From assembly GCF_000789235.1 (NCBI RefSeq), contig NZ_KN525716.1, forward strand, positions 1,371,674-1,403,673: 32,000 nucleotides of DNA, read 5' to 3'. This DNA is from Wocania ichthyoenteri Th78 (GTDB lineage: Bacteria; Bacteroidota; Bacteroidia; Flavobacteriales; Flavobacteriaceae). A program made the position numbers and the translations under genes. Shown piece after piece: positions 31,683 to 32,000 of the stretch. The notes beneath the pieces were generated by a model. The model was not told the DNA's origin. It ran no database searches and was given only the letters and a program-made list of their open reading frames with translations. Every line of letters starts with the position of its first letter. Positions within the stretch are counted from its first letter, which is position 1.

Positions 31683-32000
31683 TTATTTGTTTTCAATTCG
31701 CCAAGGAGGGTTTAATCGATTTTTTCCACCACTAAATAATATCAATTGATTTCCGTCAACATCTTTCAGTCTTGCCTCTTTCCATAACCATCTTTGGTCA
31801 GTTGGATCTTGGTCAAACGCAATACCCCTTTTTTTTTTAAATTTTCTCAACTTGTTCGTCAAGGTTTTTACATTCAAAATACACATAAATCCCTTCTCCT
31901 TTTGGCAATTCCTCAGCTTGGTGTATCGAAAAAATTGAGTTTCCATTTGGGCATTCAAATCTGGAGTAATGTGGCAAGGATTCTACTATTAATTTCAGCC
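31683..32000 (-). pseudogene. VOC/glyoxalase-family gene with an apparent frameshift; its 5' end lies outside the window
   Basis: The C-terminal part comes from the 91-aa track ORF: KKRGIAFDQDPTDQRWLWKEARLKDVDGNQLILFSGG. The VOC-like upstream part is in another frame (31998-31840): LKLIVESLPHYSRFECPNGNSIFSIHQAEELPKGEGIYVYFECKNLDEQVEKI*. The frames meet at GAGAAAATTTAAAAAAAAAAGGGG (31848-31825). The N-terminal 40 aa of the track ORF read as nonsense. Confidence 0.5.

Noticed and set aside
25281-32000. The idea that the whole minus-strand block next to tRNA-Leu is a genomic island or mobile element.
   Set aside because: No integrase, transposase, conjugation or phage gene is present and no long flanking direct repeat is visible in the window. 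By eye the base composition looks similar to the rest of the window. The question cannot be settled without the sequence beyond 32000 and comparative genomes.

Overview
AT-rich chromosomal window that looks like Bacteroidota, probably Flavobacteriia. This rests on a SusC/SusD pair, many lipoprotein signals ending in a Cys lipobox, and TAnnTTTG-type promoter boxes. All calls come from reading the sequence and recalling family motifs; no BLAST or HMM search was possible.

Layout:
- 1-6.6 kb: housekeeping membrane genes (MscS-like channel, NhaA, membrane-anchored GltB-like FMN protein, DsbD-like protein).
- 6.8-25.1 kb: a divergent polysaccharide-utilization-type locus. The minus-strand operon is GH63-like glycosidase, then a 1008-aa kinase/M23/phospholyase-type aminotransferase fusion, then a GH2 beta-galactosidase. 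The plus-strand side is a TPR/LuxR transmembrane regulator, SusC, SusD and a double FG-GAP/ASPIC lipoprotein.
- 25.2 kb: tRNA-Leu(UAG).
- 25.5-32 kb: an all-minus-strand block with a serine hydrolase, DinB-family protein, flavoprotein, PIG-L deacetylase, an unlisted 59-aa ORF, an MFS transporter and an ECF sigma factor.

Two candidate systems stand out:
- The GH63-like / kinase-lyase fusion / GH2 operon reads like a complete route for degrading glucosyl-galactosyl-hydroxylysine, the collagen glycan. Both divergent promoters of the locus carry an identical 18-bp direct-repeat operator.
- An ECF-sigma regulon has two near-identical TGCATC-N15-CGTCTTA promoters. Three of its products carry vicinal Cys-Cys motifs: the flavoprotein tail, the 59-aa peptide with four CC pairs (too short for the ORF track), and the Cys-rich tail of the sigma factor. 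No anti-sigma gene is present. This suggests a thiophilic metal(loid) or thiol-stress module that I do not recognise as described.

No CRISPR array, rRNA, transposase or integrase was seen.
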